DNA of 64,000 nt from Bacteroidales bacterium (GTDB lineage: Bacteria; Bacteroidota; Bacteroidia; Bacteroidales; ML635J-15). Numbering within the stretch: the first letter of the stretch is position 1; each line of letters begins with the position of its first letter. Shown piece after piece: positions 10,878 through 20,418 of the stretch. Below the pieces are notes generated by a model that worked only from the letters and a program-made list of their open reading frames with translations, did no database searches and was not told the origin of the DNA. The stretch lies in NCBI GenBank assembly GCA_031275085.1, contig JAISPG010000042.1, forward strand, positions 92,683 through 156,682, given 5' to 3'. The position numbers and the translations under genes were made by a program.

Positions 10878-11521
10878 AAGCGAAGTTTTTTATTAATATA
10901 TTATTTCTACTCACCCTTTTCTCTTTTTTCATGACTTAAATAACCATTCTTATTTGCATTAGCTGATTAATTTAATAACCATCCAACTCATTCCTTTATT
11001 CTCAATAGTTTTACAACTTAATCTACCCTTTATTTTGCATATGATTTTTGTCATATTTTGTTTTATTTTATATTTTTGTCGAATCTAAATTATGCAAATA
11101 TTGTGCAAGGTAATAGATTAAGCATTTTTTTTATTCATAAATTTTACCAACTAAAGATAGTTAACATTATTTTAAAAAAAAATATATTTATGATGAAAAT
11201 ATACATTTATGAAAAAGATAACTATAAACCATACAAAACCATATATTATATGATGATTTGATTTTATTGAAAGATTTAAGGCCTAAATAAGCAGTGTTTA
11301 TTGAAAAATAATGTATGAATTTAATAAAATATTTAAATAATTGTTTAATTGATTAAATTCTGTAGTCAGGCCATATAATGATTTATGCTATCTTACTAAC
11401 TCAATATTTATATTTTACTTTAGTATATATCCGATCATATTTTTTTTTGAAATAATCATTATCACATTGATTATATTAATATTTATTTTTCTGTATATGT
11501 TAGGAGTTATATTTATAATAC

Positions 11522-11541
11522 TTATTTCACATTATTTCACA
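11522..11541 (+). promoter_or_regulatory. Perfect tandem 10-mer TTATTTCACA x2 about 60 bp upstream of the 11599 gene
   Basis: I read it directly as cTTATTTCACATTATTTCACAata. It is a possible transcription-factor site. Confidence 0.25.
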
Positions 11542-11571
11542 ATAAATTTTCTAAAATATAGTTTAAAATGT

Positions 11572-11579
11572 ATAATTTT
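11572..11579 (+). promoter_or_regulatory. Bacteroidetes-type -7 promoter box (TAATTTTG matches TAnnTTTG) 20 nt upstream of the start codon
   Basis: It matches the Bacteroidetes sigma-A -7 consensus TAnnTTTG, at the typical distance for the short leaders in this phylum. Confidence 0.35.
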
Positions 11580-11598
11580 GTATTATAGATAAGTTATT

Positions 11599-13014
11599 TT
11601 GAAAAAGTCCTTTTTAATAATATTTTTCCTTTATTTGAGCCTGTTCCCACTTATAGGAGCGGAAATATACGGTAATGCAAAAGAGTATGCCAATAGTGAA
11701 ATAAAATTTTATAAATATGCCGATCGCATTACCTTAAAAAAAGAGCAGCTATTTACACTGGAAATAGATGAAAAAGGAGAATTCGGTGTAAATGTCGAAG
11801 TCGATGAAATTACATATGTTTTTGGATTATTCGGTATTTATCATGCATACTTTTTTCTGGAACCGGACGGAAAATATGAATTACTTCTTCCTGAATATGT
11901 GGAGAAAAGTCCTGAAGATATTTTCAATCCATATTTTGAACCCGAATATTTGCATGTAGGAATAAAAAATCTGAATAAGACAGATTTGAATTATTTGATA
12001 GTTGATTTTGATTATTATTATAATAGGTATATAGATCTTAATTTTTTTGAAATATATTTTGAAGGACCGGAATATGATGTAGATACTTTTATAAAAAATA
12101 TCAAGGCTCATTTTGAAGGTATAGATAATGAGTATTTTGGATCATACATGAATTTTCGTATTGCAGCACTTAAAAATATAGCTACTCAAAAAAAATATGA
12201 ACCTGCAGTTGTGTTGGCATATTTCACCAGGTCTCCTGTTTTATATGATAATCCTGCTTATATGGATTTGTTTAATAATATTTACAGTTCATATTTTGAT
12301 AAATATCTTATTTCAAAAAAAGGACCTTTTTTATATGCTGTTATCAATTATGGGCATAGTATTACACGGTTACGGAGATTACTGGCTCAGGAAAGAGAAT
12401 TGCGAAATGAACAATTTATGGAGATGGTCATGCTTAAGGGACTTCATGACGCATTTGGAAACAGGAACTTGTCCTGGTTGCCTTTGCTGCTTACATTAGA
12501 TTCTTTAAGTATGTCTACAAAATATGACTACCATAAAGAAATAGCCCAGAATATTGCTGATGATGTTTTAACCATGGCGGAAAATACAGGAGCTCCTGTA
12601 TTTGAACTTCCTGATATTGATGAAAATACTAAAAGTCTTACGGATTACAGGGGAAAATATATTTATCTGCAGTTTGCCAATACGGATACATATACATCTC
12701 AAATGGAATTTGAACTTGTAAAAAAAATATATGATCGTTACAAAGGTGCATGTATATTTCTTACGATTTTGACAGATAAGGATACGATAAAAGCCAAAAA
12801 ATTTATAGAAAAAAATAAGCTGGAATGGGATTTTTTATTTGCTCCGATAAATTCACCTGTTATAAGCATGTATAAAGTAGATGCTTATCCTGCATACTTT
12901 TTGATCGATCCTTATGGTTTTCTGAAAATGTCGCCGGCTCCTTCTCCTGCTGAAAATTTTGAATCAGCATTATTCAGAATACTTGAAGCAGAAAGAAGCG
13001 GAAAAGTTCATTAG
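11599..13014 (+). CDS. Secreted hypothetical protein with C-terminal thioredoxin-like (TlpA/redoxin-type) fold lacking the CXXC motif; TTG start
   Basis: It has a signal peptide (MKKSFLIIFFLYLSLFPLIGA). The C-terminal about 120 aa (YRGKYIYLQFANTDTYTS...AYPAYFLIDPYGFL) resemble a TlpA-like thiol:disulfide oxidoreductase fold, but the catalytic WCxPC is replaced by NTDTY. The ORF begins with TTG and there is an in-frame stop 9 nt upstream. Confidence 0.45.
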   Translation: MKKSFLIIFFLYLSLFPLIGAEIYGNAKEYANSEIKFYKYADRITLKKEQLFTLEIDEKGEFGVNVEVDEITYVFGLFGIYHAYFFLEPDGKYELLLPEYVEKSPEDIFNPYFEPEYLHVGIKNLNKTDLNYLIVDFDYYYNRYIDLNFFEIYFEGPEYDVDTFIKNIKAHFEGIDNEYFGSYMNFRIAALKNIATQKKYEPAVVLAYFTRSPVLYDNPAYMDLFNNIYSSYFDKYLISKKGPFLYAVINYGHSITRLRRLLAQERELRNEQFMEMVMLKGLHDAFGNRNLSWLPLLLTLDSLSMSTKYDYHKEIAQNIADDVLTMAENTGAPVFELPDIDENTKSLTDYRGKYIYLQFANTDTYTSQMEFELVKKIYDRYKGACIFLTILTDKDTIKAKKFIEKNKLEWDFLFAPINSPVISMYKVDAYPAYFLIDPYGFLKMSPAPSPAENFESALFRILEAERSGKVH

Positions 13015-13628
13015 GTACTAAGCAACAAATAATAATCTGCCAGATCTTTTATTGAATTGTATGAATTGGCAATGAATATTTTCAGTTCATTTTTTTTTAT
13101 CCATTTTACTTCAGTTATATATTCTTCAGTTTGCGGTTTAAGAGTATAGCTGCCGCTGAAATACATTTCGAACCAGGAAGTTTCTTTTAAAACAAACTTA
13201 TCATTTAACTGATAAATATGATATGTGTTTTTTATAAATCTTGAAATATTAAGGTCTGTTCCGGTTATTCCACATTCTTCACAAACCTCTCTTAGGGCTG
13301 CTTGTTCTATTGTTTCGTATTCTTCTTTTTTACCTTTTGGAAAGTCCCAGTGACATAACCTATTAATTAATAGTATACTGCGAGATTTGTTATTAACAAT
13401 ACCACCTGCTGCATTTACCAATGAGAAATACATTGAAATCTCTTTTAATAAGATATCCTCATTTTCTCCATAAATGTTTATTCCCGGACAATCATCCTGC
13501 AATAAAAAATTATTAATACATTTTTTAATTAAATCTTTGTCTGAAAACTTTATTTTTGTAAAAGATTTATCAGTTGAAACATTTTCAGATAAAATCAAAA
13601 CCTTATTTTTATAATAAATTTTAATCAT
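13011..13628 (-). CDS. NUDIX hydrolase
   Basis: The Nudix box GX5EX7REUXEEXGU is present as FPKGKKEEYETIEQAALREVCEECGI. The gene overlaps the stop of the upstream gene by 4 nt. Confidence 0.8.
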   Translation of the reverse strand: MIKIYYKNKVLILSENVSTDKSFTKIKFSDKDLIKKCINNFLLQDDCPGINIYGENEDILLKEISMYFSLVNAAGGIVNNKSRSILLINRLCHWDFPKGKKEEYETIEQAALREVCEECGITGTDLNISRFIKNTYHIYQLNDKFVLKETSWFEMYFSGSYTLKPQTEEYITEVKWIKKNELKIFIANSYNSIKDLADYYLLLST

Positions 13629-13633
13629 AAGAT

Positions 13634-14269
13634 ATGGAAGCTATAGCAAAACGAGTTGCTGAAAAACTTTTACAAATAAAAGCAATTAAATTAGAGCCTG
13701 CAAATCATTTTACCTGGGCATCGGGATGGTATTCACCGATTTATTGCGATAACAGAAAGACATTATCCTATCCTGAGGTAAGGACTTTTATAAAAGAGTC
13801 ATTTGTTAAAGTAATAAATGAGAATTTTAAGGATTTTGATGTTATTGCCGGAGTTGCAACTGGAGCTATTGCTCAGGGGGCACTTGTAGCGGATGCTTTG
13901 AACAAACCTTTTGTTTATGTTCGGGCACAGGCAAAAGATCATGGAATGGGAAACCAGATTGAAGGTGTTGTTGAAAAGGGGCAGAGAGTTTTGGTAGTTG
14001 AAGATCTGATTTCAACCGGCGGTAGCAGTCTCAATGCTGTTCATACTTTAAGAGATGCTGGTTGTGAAGTTGTAGGAATGGTATCCATTTTTACATACAA
14101 TTTCCGGAAAGCGGTGAATGCTTTTGAGGAAGCAAACGTTAAATTATTTACTTTAAGTAATTATGATGCTTTAATTGAAAAAGCTATTGAAAATGGTTAT
14201 GTTTCCGAAGCAGATCTTGATTTATTGAAAGAATGGAGGATTGATCCTGCAAACTGGAAAAAGAATTAG
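13634..14269 (+). CDS. pyrE: Orotate phosphoribosyltransferase
   Basis: The PRPP-binding motif VLVVEDLISTGGS is present. The length and N-terminal region are typical of PyrE. Confidence 0.9.
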   Translation: MEAIAKRVAEKLLQIKAIKLEPANHFTWASGWYSPIYCDNRKTLSYPEVRTFIKESFVKVINENFKDFDVIAGVATGAIAQGALVADALNKPFVYVRAQAKDHGMGNQIEGVVEKGQRVLVVEDLISTGGSSLNAVHTLRDAGCEVVGMVSIFTYNFRKAVNAFEEANVKLFTLSNYDALIEKAIENGYVSEADLDLLKEWRIDPANWKKN

Positions 14270-14318
14270 TTGATACGGGATTAAAATTTGAATTTTCTAT
14301 ATTAGATATGTAGCTAAA

Positions 14319-14723
14319 ATGAAAGAATTAGAAGTGATCAGTAAAACTGTAAAAATTGGAAATACCGGTGAACGTGTTTTTAATTTTTTATGTGATTTCA
14401 GGAATATTTCGCAAATGATTCCCCCTGATGTTAAAGATTGGTCGGCAACAGAAGATACTTGTACTTTTTCTGTAAAAGGGCAGCTTATTACTTTACAGAT
14501 AATAGATAAAGAACCTTTTAAACTTATCAAAATTACGGCCGCCGACGGTTCACCGTATAATTTTAACCTCTGGATCCAGTTGAAAGATATAGGAGCTTAT
14601 GAAACAGCTGCAAGAATTGTGGTTAAAGCCGAACTTAATATGATTATGAGAGCTGCAGTAAAAAAGCCTTTACAACAAGGGTTGGATCAGTTTGTCGAAT
14701 ATTTGAAGATATTACCGTATTAG
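14319..14723 (+). CDS. SRPBCC (polyketide-cyclase/START-like) family small protein
   Basis: The assignment rests on size (134 aa) and the beta-rich pattern typical of SRPBCC proteins. It is weak, motif-free and inferred. Confidence 0.4.
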   Translation: MKELEVISKTVKIGNTGERVFNFLCDFRNISQMIPPDVKDWSATEDTCTFSVKGQLITLQIIDKEPFKLIKITAADGSPYNFNLWIQLKDIGAYETAARIVVKAELNMIMRAAVKKPLQQGLDQFVEYLKILPY

Positions 14724-14932
14724 TTTGATAGTGTTATAAATTATTATAATATATAAGCAATATACAACTTTTTTCAAAATATTGATAAAAGATTAATATA
14801 TTAATTAACTTTTGTTGTATAAAATTGTAATATTTTTTTATTTTTTTTGTATTCTAAAAATGGCTTTTTATATAAAAATGAATAAAAAATAGATATTCGG
14901 AACGAGAGTCTGTTACAAAGTGTCAGTAATTT

Positions 14933-15379
14933 TTAACCCAGCATACTTTTAATTATTCCGGATAATGTTTTATTATCAGTTTGTCCGGCTAATTTTGTAT
15001 TTGCAGCTGCCATAACTTTTCCCATATCTTTTATGCTTGTTGCGTTTTGTTCTTTAATTATTCCGGCAACAACTATTTTAATTTCATCTTCCGAAAGTTG
15101 GGTAGGGAGGTACTTCGATATAATTTCAGCCTGAAAATTTTCAGGTTCGTAAAGATCCATCCGGTTTTGTTCTTTATAAATTTCGGCAGCATCGCGTCTT
15201 TGTTTTACCAGTTTTTGTATTATCTGGATTTCTTTTTCGTATGTTAACTCTGAATTACCTCCTTCGGTTTTTGCAAGCAGGAAAGCTGCTTTTATCGCCC
15301 TTAGTGCTTCCAGTTTTTCTTTTTCTTTTGCAAGCATTGCTTGTTTTATATCGTTGTTTATCTGATCAAAAATATTCAT
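14933..15379 (-). CDS. GatB/YqeY domain protein
   Basis: The N-terminus MNIFDQINNDIKQAMLAKEKEKLEALRAIKAAF is characteristic of YqeY. It follows ftsZ as in other Bacteroidota. Confidence 0.85.
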   Translation of the reverse strand: MNIFDQINNDIKQAMLAKEKEKLEALRAIKAAFLLAKTEGGNSELTYEKEIQIIQKLVKQRRDAAEIYKEQNRMDLYEPENFQAEIISKYLPTQLSEDEIKIVVAGIIKEQNATSIKDMGKVMAAANTKLAGQTDNKTLSGIIKSMLG

Positions 15380-15434
15380 AATTTAAAAAGTTTAATGTTT
15401 ATATAATACTTAGTTTCTGACTTTTAATCACTAA

Positions 15435-15462
15435 GGTACGGTGAGCGGAGTCGAACCGTACC
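15435..15462. repeat. GC-rich dyad hairpin (ggtacggt-N12-accgtacc) downstream of ftsZ, a member of the intergenic repeat family
   Basis: It has an 8-bp perfect stem and a 12-nt loop. It contains GGTGAGCGG and AGTCGAACC and is flanked by GGTTAACTTAGTGTCCT (reverse-complement). All three motifs recur at 51.59-51.69 kb. There is no U-tract, so a terminator role is doubtful. Confidence 0.5.
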
Positions 15463-15492
15463 GCTAAGGACACTAAGTTAACCGTTCATTCT

Positions 15493-16803
15493 TCATTTTT
15501 CATTAACTTCGTTGTCTTCGTTTTCAAGTCTCATTTTTCTTTGTAATGCTGTTTCCGATTCGATATGGTTAAGGTAATCATTATCATTAAGTTCATTAAT
15601 ATCTTTTACATGAATAAAATGAGCTTTATCAATATCGGGCATTATAATTTCATCTTCGGAATCGTTTGAAAAATCCAATTCCAGTTCTATTGGAGTTTCT
15701 TCATTTAATCCTGTTGTTAGTAAAACATCATCAAGAAAACTTTTGTCATGCTTTTCTTCATAAATATCCTCTTCACTGTCGAAAGGAATTATGATTTTTT
15801 TGTTCGGCTTATCAGGCTCATAAAGGCCGGGATGTGTCTCAAAACCTGTTGCAATTATTGTGACATTTATTGCATCGCCGAGAGTATTGTCATGTCCAGT
15901 TCCCCAGATTACATTTGCATCTTTTCCTACGGCATCTTTAAGATAACTGGTAATTCTTCCGAATTCGTTCATGCTTAGTTCATCTTCACCCATTGCACTC
16001 ATAATGTTCAGCAGAATATTTTTTGAACCTCTTATGTCATTATCTTTAAGTAATGGAGATTCTAATGCTGTTTTAATGGCAATAATATCCCTATCTTCTC
16101 CTGATGCTTTTGCCGATCCCATAAGAGCAACACCACTGTTTTTCATTACAGTTTTTACGTCTTCGAAGTCAACATTTATATATCCGTGTACGGTAATTAT
16201 TTCGGCAATTCCTTTTGTGGCAATAGCAAGAATATCGTCTGCCTTACTGAATGCGTTGGACATTTTAAGGTCTGTGTAGATACTTTGAAGCTTTTCATTG
16301 TTTATTATAAGCAAAGCATCTACATATTCTTTCATTTTATTTATTCCTTCAATGGCTTGTTTTATTCTTACTTCGCCTTCTACTTTAAAAGGAATTGATA
16401 CAATTGCTATAGTAAGGATGTCGCGTTCTTTTGCAGCCTGGGCTATTACAGGAGCAGCTCCTGTTCCTGTTCCTCCACCCATTCCTGCAGTGATAAATAC
16501 CATTTTGGTATTATCATCAAGAATTTTTTCAATATCTGCAAGATTCTCTATTGCTGCTTCTCTTCCTTTTGCCGGATTATTACCGGCTCCACGTCCTTCG
16601 GTTAAACTTGTTCCAAGTTGAATTTTTATTGGTACGGGACTGTTCCTCAATGCTTGTTCATCGGTATTACAGATAACAAAATCAACACCTTTTACGTTCA
16701 TTTCAAACATTTGGTTCACAGCATTACTTCCGCCGCCACCAACTCCAATAACTTTTATTATCGATGATTCTTCTTTTGGTATGTAAAAATCAATGTCTGT
16801 CAT
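15493..16803 (-). CDS. ftsZ: Cell division GTPase FtsZ
   Basis: The tubulin signature GGGTGTG (FITAGMGGGTGTGAAPVIA) and the N-terminal IKVIGVGGGGSNAVN are present. Confidence 0.97.
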   Translation of the reverse strand: MTDIDFYIPKEESSIIKVIGVGGGGSNAVNQMFEMNVKGVDFVICNTDEQALRNSPVPIKIQLGTSLTEGRGAGNNPAKGREAAIENLADIEKILDDNTKMVFITAGMGGGTGTGAAPVIAQAAKERDILTIAIVSIPFKVEGEVRIKQAIEGINKMKEYVDALLIINNEKLQSIYTDLKMSNAFSKADDILAIATKGIAEIITVHGYINVDFEDVKTVMKNSGVALMGSAKASGEDRDIIAIKTALESPLLKDNDIRGSKNILLNIMSAMGEDELSMNEFGRITSYLKDAVGKDANVIWGTGHDNTLGDAINVTIIATGFETHPGLYEPDKPNKKIIIPFDSEEDIYEEKHDKSFLDDVLLTTGLNEETPIELELDFSNDSEDEIIMPDIDKAHFIHVKDINELNDNDYLNHIESETALQRKMRLENEDNEVNEK

Positions 16804-16918
16804 AATTTTTTAGTTAAAAGTTATAAGTACCTAGTAGTTAGTGTGTAGTTCCTAGTAATTAGTTCCTAATGTACAGTACTCAGTACCTAATTCTTAATTT
16901 TTAATTCTTCATTCTTTC
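16804..16918 (-). promoter_or_regulatory. ftsA-ftsZ intergenic region with a 4-5x degenerate repeat AGTWCCTAR plus a shared motif (rc) AAGAATTAAAAATTAAGAATTAGG; candidate internal ftsZ promoter/regulatory element
   Basis: The repeats are read directly from the sequence. The 18-mer AAGAATTAAAAATTAAGA is identical to 51562-51579, and GAAGAATTAAAAATTA also occurs at 22830-22848 (rc). Confidence 0.4.
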
Positions 16919-18253
16919 TTATTCTTCTTCGTCTTCAAGTAACTTATTTACCGACTTTTTAATTATATTAAAGAATTTTTTATTCCCGTGATTCTCTTTT
17001 TCTTTATGTTGTTTAGATTTCTCTTCTTCAATTATTTCAGGTTCTTTTTTCTGTTCTTCGTTTAATTTTTCAAAAATCGAATATTCCGTTTTTTGGCTGT
17101 TATACATGTAGCCTTTCATAATAAGCCCAATAGCCGTAGAATACTGAGGTTTGTTTATGTCGCCGGAAAACTTACCTTCAATATATTCGGTAGGATATGC
17201 AATTCTTATATCATTATTTGTTATGAATGAAGCAAGTTGTTTTAGGTTTTTCAATAAAGAACCGCCACCGGTAATTACAATACCGCCCGGGATATTCCCT
17301 TTTATTCCGGCACTTTCGATCTGGAACATGACTGTGTGGAGAATTTCTTCCATTCTTGCTTGTATTATTGCAGAGAGATCTTTTAAAGTGATTTCTTTTT
17401 CTTCACGTCCTTTAAGTCCTTCTATTGAGAATATTGTGCTTTCCTGGCTTTTTTCCTGAATAGCACTACCGAAATTGATCTTTAATTCTTCTGCCTGTTT
17501 TTCTAAAATCCCAAGTTCCTGTTGAATATCGTTGGTAATGGTATTTCCGCCTATAGGAATTACAGCAGTGTGAATTACTTTATTATCTTTATAAATTGCA
17601 AGGTCTGTAGTTCCGCCGCCGATATCCATCATAACGACACCCGATTTCTTTTCCAAATCCGAAAGAACGGCTTCTGATGAAGCTAAAGGTTCAAGGATTA
17701 ATGTTTTTACTTTTAATCCTGAAATGGTAACGCATTTCTTTATGTTATTTACCATGGACATTTGTCCCAGTATAATATGATAGTTTCCCTGAAGTATATT
17801 TCCATACATTCCTACAGGGTTTTCAATGCCTGTTTCTTTGTCGACAATATATGATTGGGGAATTACATCCAGGACTTCTTCTCCGGCTTCTGATATAATC
17901 TGGCGCATAAGGTCTTCAAGATCTTTAATGTCTTTTTGGCTAATTATAGAGTCAGGTGATGAAACTTTTATGGTACTGCGGCTTTTTGTGCTACGCACAT
18001 GTTGTCCTGCTATACCTACAAAAACCTCATTAAGCCGGATCCCTGATGACTGGTATACTTTATCAAGAGCAATACGTATGGATTTGACAGTTTCGTCGAT
18101 ATTTAAAACAACACCACGTTTTATACCTTTTGAAGAAGTAGTTCCGAAGCCTAAGATCTCAAATCTATTATTTTCTGTTTTGCGTCCGGCCAAAGCAACG
18201 ATTTTTGTCGTTCCAATGTCTATTGCCGCAATTATTTCAGATTTGTTGTCCAT
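16919..18253 (-). CDS. ftsA: Cell division protein FtsA
   Basis: The actin-like ATPase N-terminus IAAIDIGTTKIVALAG is present, and the gene lies between ftsQ and ftsZ. Confidence 0.95.
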   Translation of the reverse strand: MDNKSEIIAAIDIGTTKIVALAGRKTENNRFEILGFGTTSSKGIKRGVVLNIDETVKSIRIALDKVYQSSGIRLNEVFVGIAGQHVRSTKSRSTIKVSSPDSIISQKDIKDLEDLMRQIISEAGEEVLDVIPQSYIVDKETGIENPVGMYGNILQGNYHIILGQMSMVNNIKKCVTISGLKVKTLILEPLASSEAVLSDLEKKSGVVMMDIGGGTTDLAIYKDNKVIHTAVIPIGGNTITNDIQQELGILEKQAEELKINFGSAIQEKSQESTIFSIEGLKGREEKEITLKDLSAIIQARMEEILHTVMFQIESAGIKGNIPGGIVITGGGSLLKNLKQLASFITNNDIRIAYPTEYIEGKFSGDINKPQYSTAIGLIMKGYMYNSQKTEYSIFEKLNEEQKKEPEIIEEEKSKQHKEKENHGNKKFFNIIKKSVNKLLEDEEE

Positions 18254-18259
18254 ATATTA

Positions 18260-19045
18260 TTATCTTTTTTTGCAAATTACCTGATCTGAATATTTTAAAT
18301 TTATTGATGAATAAATGTTCCAGTCGTTATTGGAAAAACCATTTTTATATAAGGAGACCAGTTTGTTGAGCTTATATTCATAATCTTTCAGATCTCCTAA
18401 AATAATTATGTGGTTACCAACTCTCGGAACAAGTTCTATTTCTTTATTTTCTGTTATATATATCTGTTCTATCTGATATTTCCATAAACTATTATGATTA
18501 AGATATAAAACAAAATCATAAAGGTCTTTCGGGGCAAAAGGATAGTTTAGTATATTGTTTTGAACAGTATCTGTGTTGCCAATGCAGTAAACAAACCTGT
18601 TATCGATATGTCCGCTGACGACAGGAACGCTGGCAGCATAATTATGACTCACAGGCATTAATTCCTGATTATCGTCAACATAATAATGATCATTATCTTC
18701 TGTTACTATCCTCATTACAGGATTTCTTTGTTTTATATCAATAAAGACTTCTCCAAGGAAGTTATTGTAAATATCGGCAGTTTTTACAGCCGGATTTGTT
18801 TCAATCAGTTTTTCTATTGCATCAAAGTTAATATTTTCTATTAAGTTTGAATCTAATATTATATCGTTTTTAATCAACAAGTTTTCGACAGTTTCTTTGT
18901 TTATAAAAGTATGTGGTTTATCAATTATAATATTGACTTTTGAGCAATATAATCCTGTTCTTTCTTTATTTACAAAACCCATTATTACGATTAAGTATAC
19001 AAGTAAAAGTGTCCATCTTAATATTTTAAAAATTTTGCGTTTCAT
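18260..19045 (-). CDS. ftsQ: Cell division protein FtsQ (POTRA-containing)
   Basis: It has a single N-terminal TM helix, lies between murC and ftsA, and is 261 aa. Confidence 0.7.
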   Translation of the reverse strand: MKRKIFKILRWTLLLVYLIVIMGFVNKERTGLYCSKVNIIIDKPHTFINKETVENLLIKNDIILDSNLIENINFDAIEKLIETNPAVKTADIYNNFLGEVFIDIKQRNPVMRIVTEDNDHYYVDDNQELMPVSHNYAASVPVVSGHIDNRFVYCIGNTDTVQNNILNYPFAPKDLYDFVLYLNHNSLWKYQIEQIYITENKEIELVPRVGNHIIILGDLKDYEYKLNKLVSLYKNGFSNNDWNIYSSINLKYSDQVICKKR

Positions 19046-20418
19046 TTTTCAAATTCCGTAATGATAGGTTTTATTAACTGATCAATATCTCCTGCTCCCA
19101 TAGTTACTAATATCTCAGGTTTTTGTTTTTTTAAGAATGGAATCAGTTCATTTTTTTCACAAATAAATTTTTTAGTTTTTTTGATGTTAGCCAGAATAAT
19201 CTCTGATGTTATTCCTTCTATTGGTTTTTCGCGTGCCGGGTAGATAGGTAATAATATTATCTCATCACAAATAGATAAACTTTCTGCAAATTCTTTATAA
19301 AAATCCCTTGTACGGGAATACAGATGAGGCTGAAAGATTCCGGTGATTTTTTTATCCGGAAATATTAATCTGACAGACTTTAGAAAGGCTGATATCTCAT
19401 TTGGATGATGCGCATAATCATCAATATAAATGAAATTATCTGTTTTGATTTTGATATCAAACCTTCTCTCTACTCCTTCAAAAGTTTCCAGTCCTTTTCT
19501 TACGTCTTCGTCAGTTGCTCCGTTTAAAATCGAAATGCTGGCTCCGGCAAGTGCATTTTCAAGGTTATGGTCTCCTCCTGCAGAATATGAGATATCGGAT
19601 ATTTTTCCGTTTATATGTGTCAGGTCAAAATAACATTTGTTTTCCTGATATTTTATGTTGTCAATATAAAAATCACATTCTTTATTGTTTAATCCGTATC
19701 TGTAAATGTTGATATCGGTTCTTATATGTTTTATATAATCTTCTGATATGTTATGATTTAAGATTAGATTCCCGTTTGTTTTTACCAGATTTCCAAATTG
19801 AACAAAAGCTTCGAAAAGTGTATTGTAATTATTGTAAATATCAAGATGATCTGAGTCAATATATGTTATAAGTGCAGTAGAAGGAGTCAACCTGAGAAAT
19901 GATCTGTCAAATTCGTCAGCTTCAACAACGACATAATCACTGTTTTTATTTATTACTAAATTGGAATTGAAATTTTTTGCAATTCCGCCCAAAAAAGCAG
20001 AACATCCGGCTTTTGTGTTTACCATTATGTTTGCACATATGCTTGAAACAGACGTTTTTCCATGTGCTCCTGCAATTGCCATACATTTTTTACTATTGGA
20101 AATTAATCCGAGAACTTCTGATCTTTTCAGGATTTCAAAATTGTTGGTGCGGAAAAATAATAGTTCGTTATGATCCTGTGGAACTGCCGGAGTAAATACA
20201 ACTAATGTTGTTTTTTTATTTTTAAATTGATAAGGAATTTTAGTTATATCATCTTCATAATGAATATTAATTCCAATATTTTCCATATTTATGCAAATAT
20301 CGTTCCTGAAGCGGTCGTAACCGGCAACCGGATACCCTAGTGTATAAAAATAACGTGCAATAGCACTCATCCCTATACCACCGATTCCAAGGAAATATAT
20401 TTGCTTTTTTTCTATCAT
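19042..20418 (-). CDS. murC: UDP-N-acetylmuramate--L-alanine ligase
   Basis: The N-terminus IYFLGIGGIGMSAIA and the Mur ligase P-loop GAHGKTS are present. Confidence 0.92.
   Translation of the reverse strand: MIEKKQIYFLGIGGIGMSAIARYFYTLGYPVAGYDRFRNDICINMENIGINIHYEDDITKIPYQFKNKKTTLVVFTPAVPQDHNELLFFRTNNFEILKRSEVLGLISNSKKCMAIAGAHGKTSVSSICANIMVNTKAGCSAFLGGIAKNFNSNLVINKNSDYVVVEADEFDRSFLRLTPSTALITYIDSDHLDIYNNYNTLFEAFVQFGNLVKTNGNLILNHNISEDYIKHIRTDINIYRYGLNNKECDFYIDNIKYQENKCYFDLTHINGKISDISYSAGGDHNLENALAGASISILNGATDEDVRKGLETFEGVERRFDIKIKTDNFIYIDDYAHHPNEISAFLKSVRLIFPDKKITGIFQPHLYSRTRDFYKEFAESLSICDEIILLPIYPAREKPIEGITSEIILANIKKTKKFICEKNELIPFLKKQKPEILVTMGAGDIDQLIKPIITEFEK

Noticed and set aside
10878-11598. 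Invertible (phase-variable) promoter upstream of the giant adhesin gene
   Set aside because: The only inverted repeat I found is a 7-bp TTGCATA/TATGCAA pair ~50 bp apart. No recombinase gene is nearby. This is insufficient.
15421-15483. Possible tRNA on the minus strand (GGTTCGACTCC T-loop-like string, GC-rich in AT-rich DNA)
   Set aside because: I could not fold a cloverleaf. There is no acceptor or anticodon stem. It is better explained as a hairpin of the intergenic repeat family.
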